Shown: piece after piece, positions 61,792 through 64,000 of the stretch
How the letters are laid out: each line of letters opens with the position of its first letter
Position numbering within the stretch: the stretch's first letter is position 1
NCBI GenBank assembly: GCA_017654855.1
Contig: CM030332.1
Coordinates: forward strand, 4,960,001 to 5,024,000
Length of the DNA stretch: 64,000 bases
From: Podospora anserina
Lineage: Eukaryota
Direction of reading: 5' to 3'
The notes under the pieces: generated by a model
The model's input: the letters and a program-made list of their open reading frames with translations, nothing else
Database searches by the model: none
What the model was told of the DNA's origin: nothing
Position numbers and translations under genes: made by a program

Positions 61792-63239
61792 ATGAAAGCA
61801 ACTGACATTCTCATCCTCCTCAGCAGCACCCTCTCAAGAACCAGCACCGCCGCTCTCATCAACAACAGAAAAACTAGCCCCTCACTATTCCGCCCACCAC
61901 CACAACCACCATCGCTCGTCACCACCAGAGGCTTCAGAGATGACACCTTCTCCAAGCCTCCATCCTCAATAGGCAAAAGATGGACCAGACCTGACTCTGC
62001 CACCTCATCAGAATGGGAGGCCCCTTCCTTTGCCTTTGCCTTTGAGTAAGCCCTTTCTTCCCCCCCCACCTGGTCTCTTATACTGATGATAATCCCAGCA
62101 TCGACGGTGTCCTCCTCCACGAAAAAGCCCCCCTCGCCGGCGCGGCCCAGGCCCTCGCGCTGCTGGACTATTACCACATCCCATTCATCCTCCTCACCAA
62201 CGGCGGCGGCAAGTTCGAGGCCGACCGCGTGGCGGAGCTGAACGAGAAGCTGGGCAGCCACATGACAACTGAGAATTTCTGCCAGTCTCACACCCCGTTT
62301 CAGGAGCTGTTGCCAGTGTACCGGGACAAGACCATCTTGGTGACGGGGAGTGACTACGAGAAGTGCAGGGAGATCATGGAGGGGTATGGGTTCAGGAGTG
62401 TGGTCACGCCGGGGGACATCTTCAGGGCGGCGCCCGAGGTGTTTCCTTTTGATACCGTCCGAGGGAAGGTGGGGAGGGATTTGCCGAAGCCAATCTGGAG
62501 GCCGAGGAAGGAAGCCGGGGAGCATCATCAAGGGTCGAAGGGGATGGTGAGGGATACTGAGCAGGAGGAAAGAGAGGGGAAGTTGGAGGATCATTTAAAG
62601 GTTGAGGCGATGTTTGTGTTGAATGACCCGAGGGATTGGGCGTTGGATGTGCAGGTGTTTATTGACTTGTTGCAGTCGAAGCAGGGGTATGTGGGCACGT
62701 ATTCGGAGGAGAACAACAAGGGACGGTGGCAGGGGGATGGCCAGCCGAAGCTGTTTTTTAGCAACTCGGATCTGATCTGGGCGGCCAAGTATCACCTTCC
62801 GCGGTTTGGGCAGGGGGCGTTCCAGCATGCGTTGGTGGGGATTTGGAACGAGGTTACGGAAGGGAAGAAGGAGCTGGTACGGACGAGCTTTGGGAAGCCG
62901 CATAGGGAGACGTATGAGTATGCCGAGGAGATGCTGGTGAGGCATCGGGGGGGGTGGTTGAGGGCGAAGGGGTACAAGGAGGGCGAGATTGAGGGGGGTT
63001 TGAAGAGGGTTTACATGGTGGGGGATAATCCTGAGAGTGATATTGCTGGGGCGAACGACTATGATGGGAAGGGGAAGTATGGGACGGAGTGGGTGAGCTT
63101 GTTGGTGGAGACGGGGGTGTTTGATGCGACGAGGATGAACTTTAAGGATGGGGATGTGAGGAAGGCGGATGTGGTGAAGCCAAACGTTGCGGAGGCGGTG
63201 AAGTGGGCGTTGAGGAATGAGGGGTGGGTTGATGAGTAG
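61792..63239 (+). CDS. HAD-superfamily class IIA hydrolase (CECR5/HDHD5/YKR070W-like), probably mitochondrial; intron at 62046-62098
   Basis: Spliced motif I FAFAFD|IDGVL, LTNGGG, QSHTPF, NDPRDW, FGKP and YMVGDNPESDIAGAN; Ser/Arg-rich N-terminus. Confidence 0.92.
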
Positions 63240-63523
63240 ATGTGTGTTGATGGGATAGATACCTTGAATGAGATGATGAATGAGACCACTGTGTCGAGCC
63301 TGATCTTGAAGAAGTGTATTTTCCTGAATGGGGGTCAAGCATTTGAGTGGGTAACAAACGTATGGTAAATTTGGTCCTGTTTAAACTTCATGGAATATAC
63401 GAACTGGGTGTGAAGGCTCATCTTCTGTCAGCAGATCTCTGTTCATCCAGTCGAGGTGTGAAAGCATTCTAATTGCAAATATGTTAAGTCTTTTGTTGAC
63501 ATCCTTGTAACAACAAATTACAA

Positions 63524-63614
63524 GGGCCGCTGGTCTAGTGGTATGATTCTCGCTTAGGGTTCACCCTATAGCATTGCTTGCGAGAGGTCCCGGGTTCAAT
63601 CCCCGGGTGGCCCC
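63524..63614 (+). tRNA. tRNA-Pro(AGG) with a 19-nt intron at 63560-63578
   Basis: Acceptor stem GGGCCGC/GTGGCCC, A box TGGTCTAGTGG, anticodon arm CTCGC-TTAGGG[intron]T-GCGAG, T arm CCGGG-TTCAATC-CCCGG, followed by an oligo-T Pol III terminator. Confidence 0.96.
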
Positions 63615-64000
63615 ATCTTTTTCTCTCTCGCGACTCACCTGCAACACTACTCAAGTAGTGAGGCTATCTTTTTTGCCTATAACTGAAAGGCTATCTTTCT
63701 ATCTATGTATGTATGGCCCTGTGGTTATGTAGCAAGGCAAACAGCCAACAGCTAGCTCGCTCTACGTGGGGAGTATGGTCACGACACCCTCTAAAGGAAG
63801 CAGCAGTAAACTGCTTACACCTCCCAACCTTGATGGAGGTGTGTGACCTCTGCTTGACATTGGCGAGAATATATTGCCATCCACTTCGCAGTGCTTCATG
63901 TGATTCCCTCAGGCGCCAAAATAGTACTATCACTCTACGTGGGGCTGTGAGCAAAGATAAGCCCTCATAGTAGGCAGGCCTTTGAATTCTTAGCTAGCAT

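Overview
Gene-dense eukaryotic DNA from a filamentous ascomycete. Short GT-AG introns with CTRAC/CTRAT branch sites and the gene set point to Sordariomycetes; a Podospora-like genome is my inference from sequence style and is not verified. About 18 protein-coding genes are supported: a triple-AAA CbbX/SpoVK-type ATPase (5' end probably outside the window), ATP12, EFR3, a secreted FAD-linked oxidase, a vacuolar subtilisin, a large BEACH/WD40 protein, the complex I 9.5 kDa subunit, WBP1, ISY1, a 5'-nucleotidase-like metallophosphoesterase, choline kinase, SCO1, SPP1, a PTH11-like membrane protein, a HAD-IIA hydrolase and three proteins of unknown function. There is also one intron-containing tRNA-Pro(AGG). 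The strongest leads are: (1) a 240-codon open, AUG-free extension upstream of a coiled-coil gene, suggesting non-AUG initiation; (2) a hairpin-rich ~1.6 kb minus-strand region without a credible ORF between WBP1 and ISY1, ending in an Sm-like site, a 5' splice site and a box C/D snoRNA-like element; (3) a GC-AG intron splitting the choline kinase catalytic motif; (4) an in-frame, stop-free microsatellite intron in ATP12. No CRISPR array or intact transposon was seen. Exon boundaries were read by eye and may be off by a few bases.
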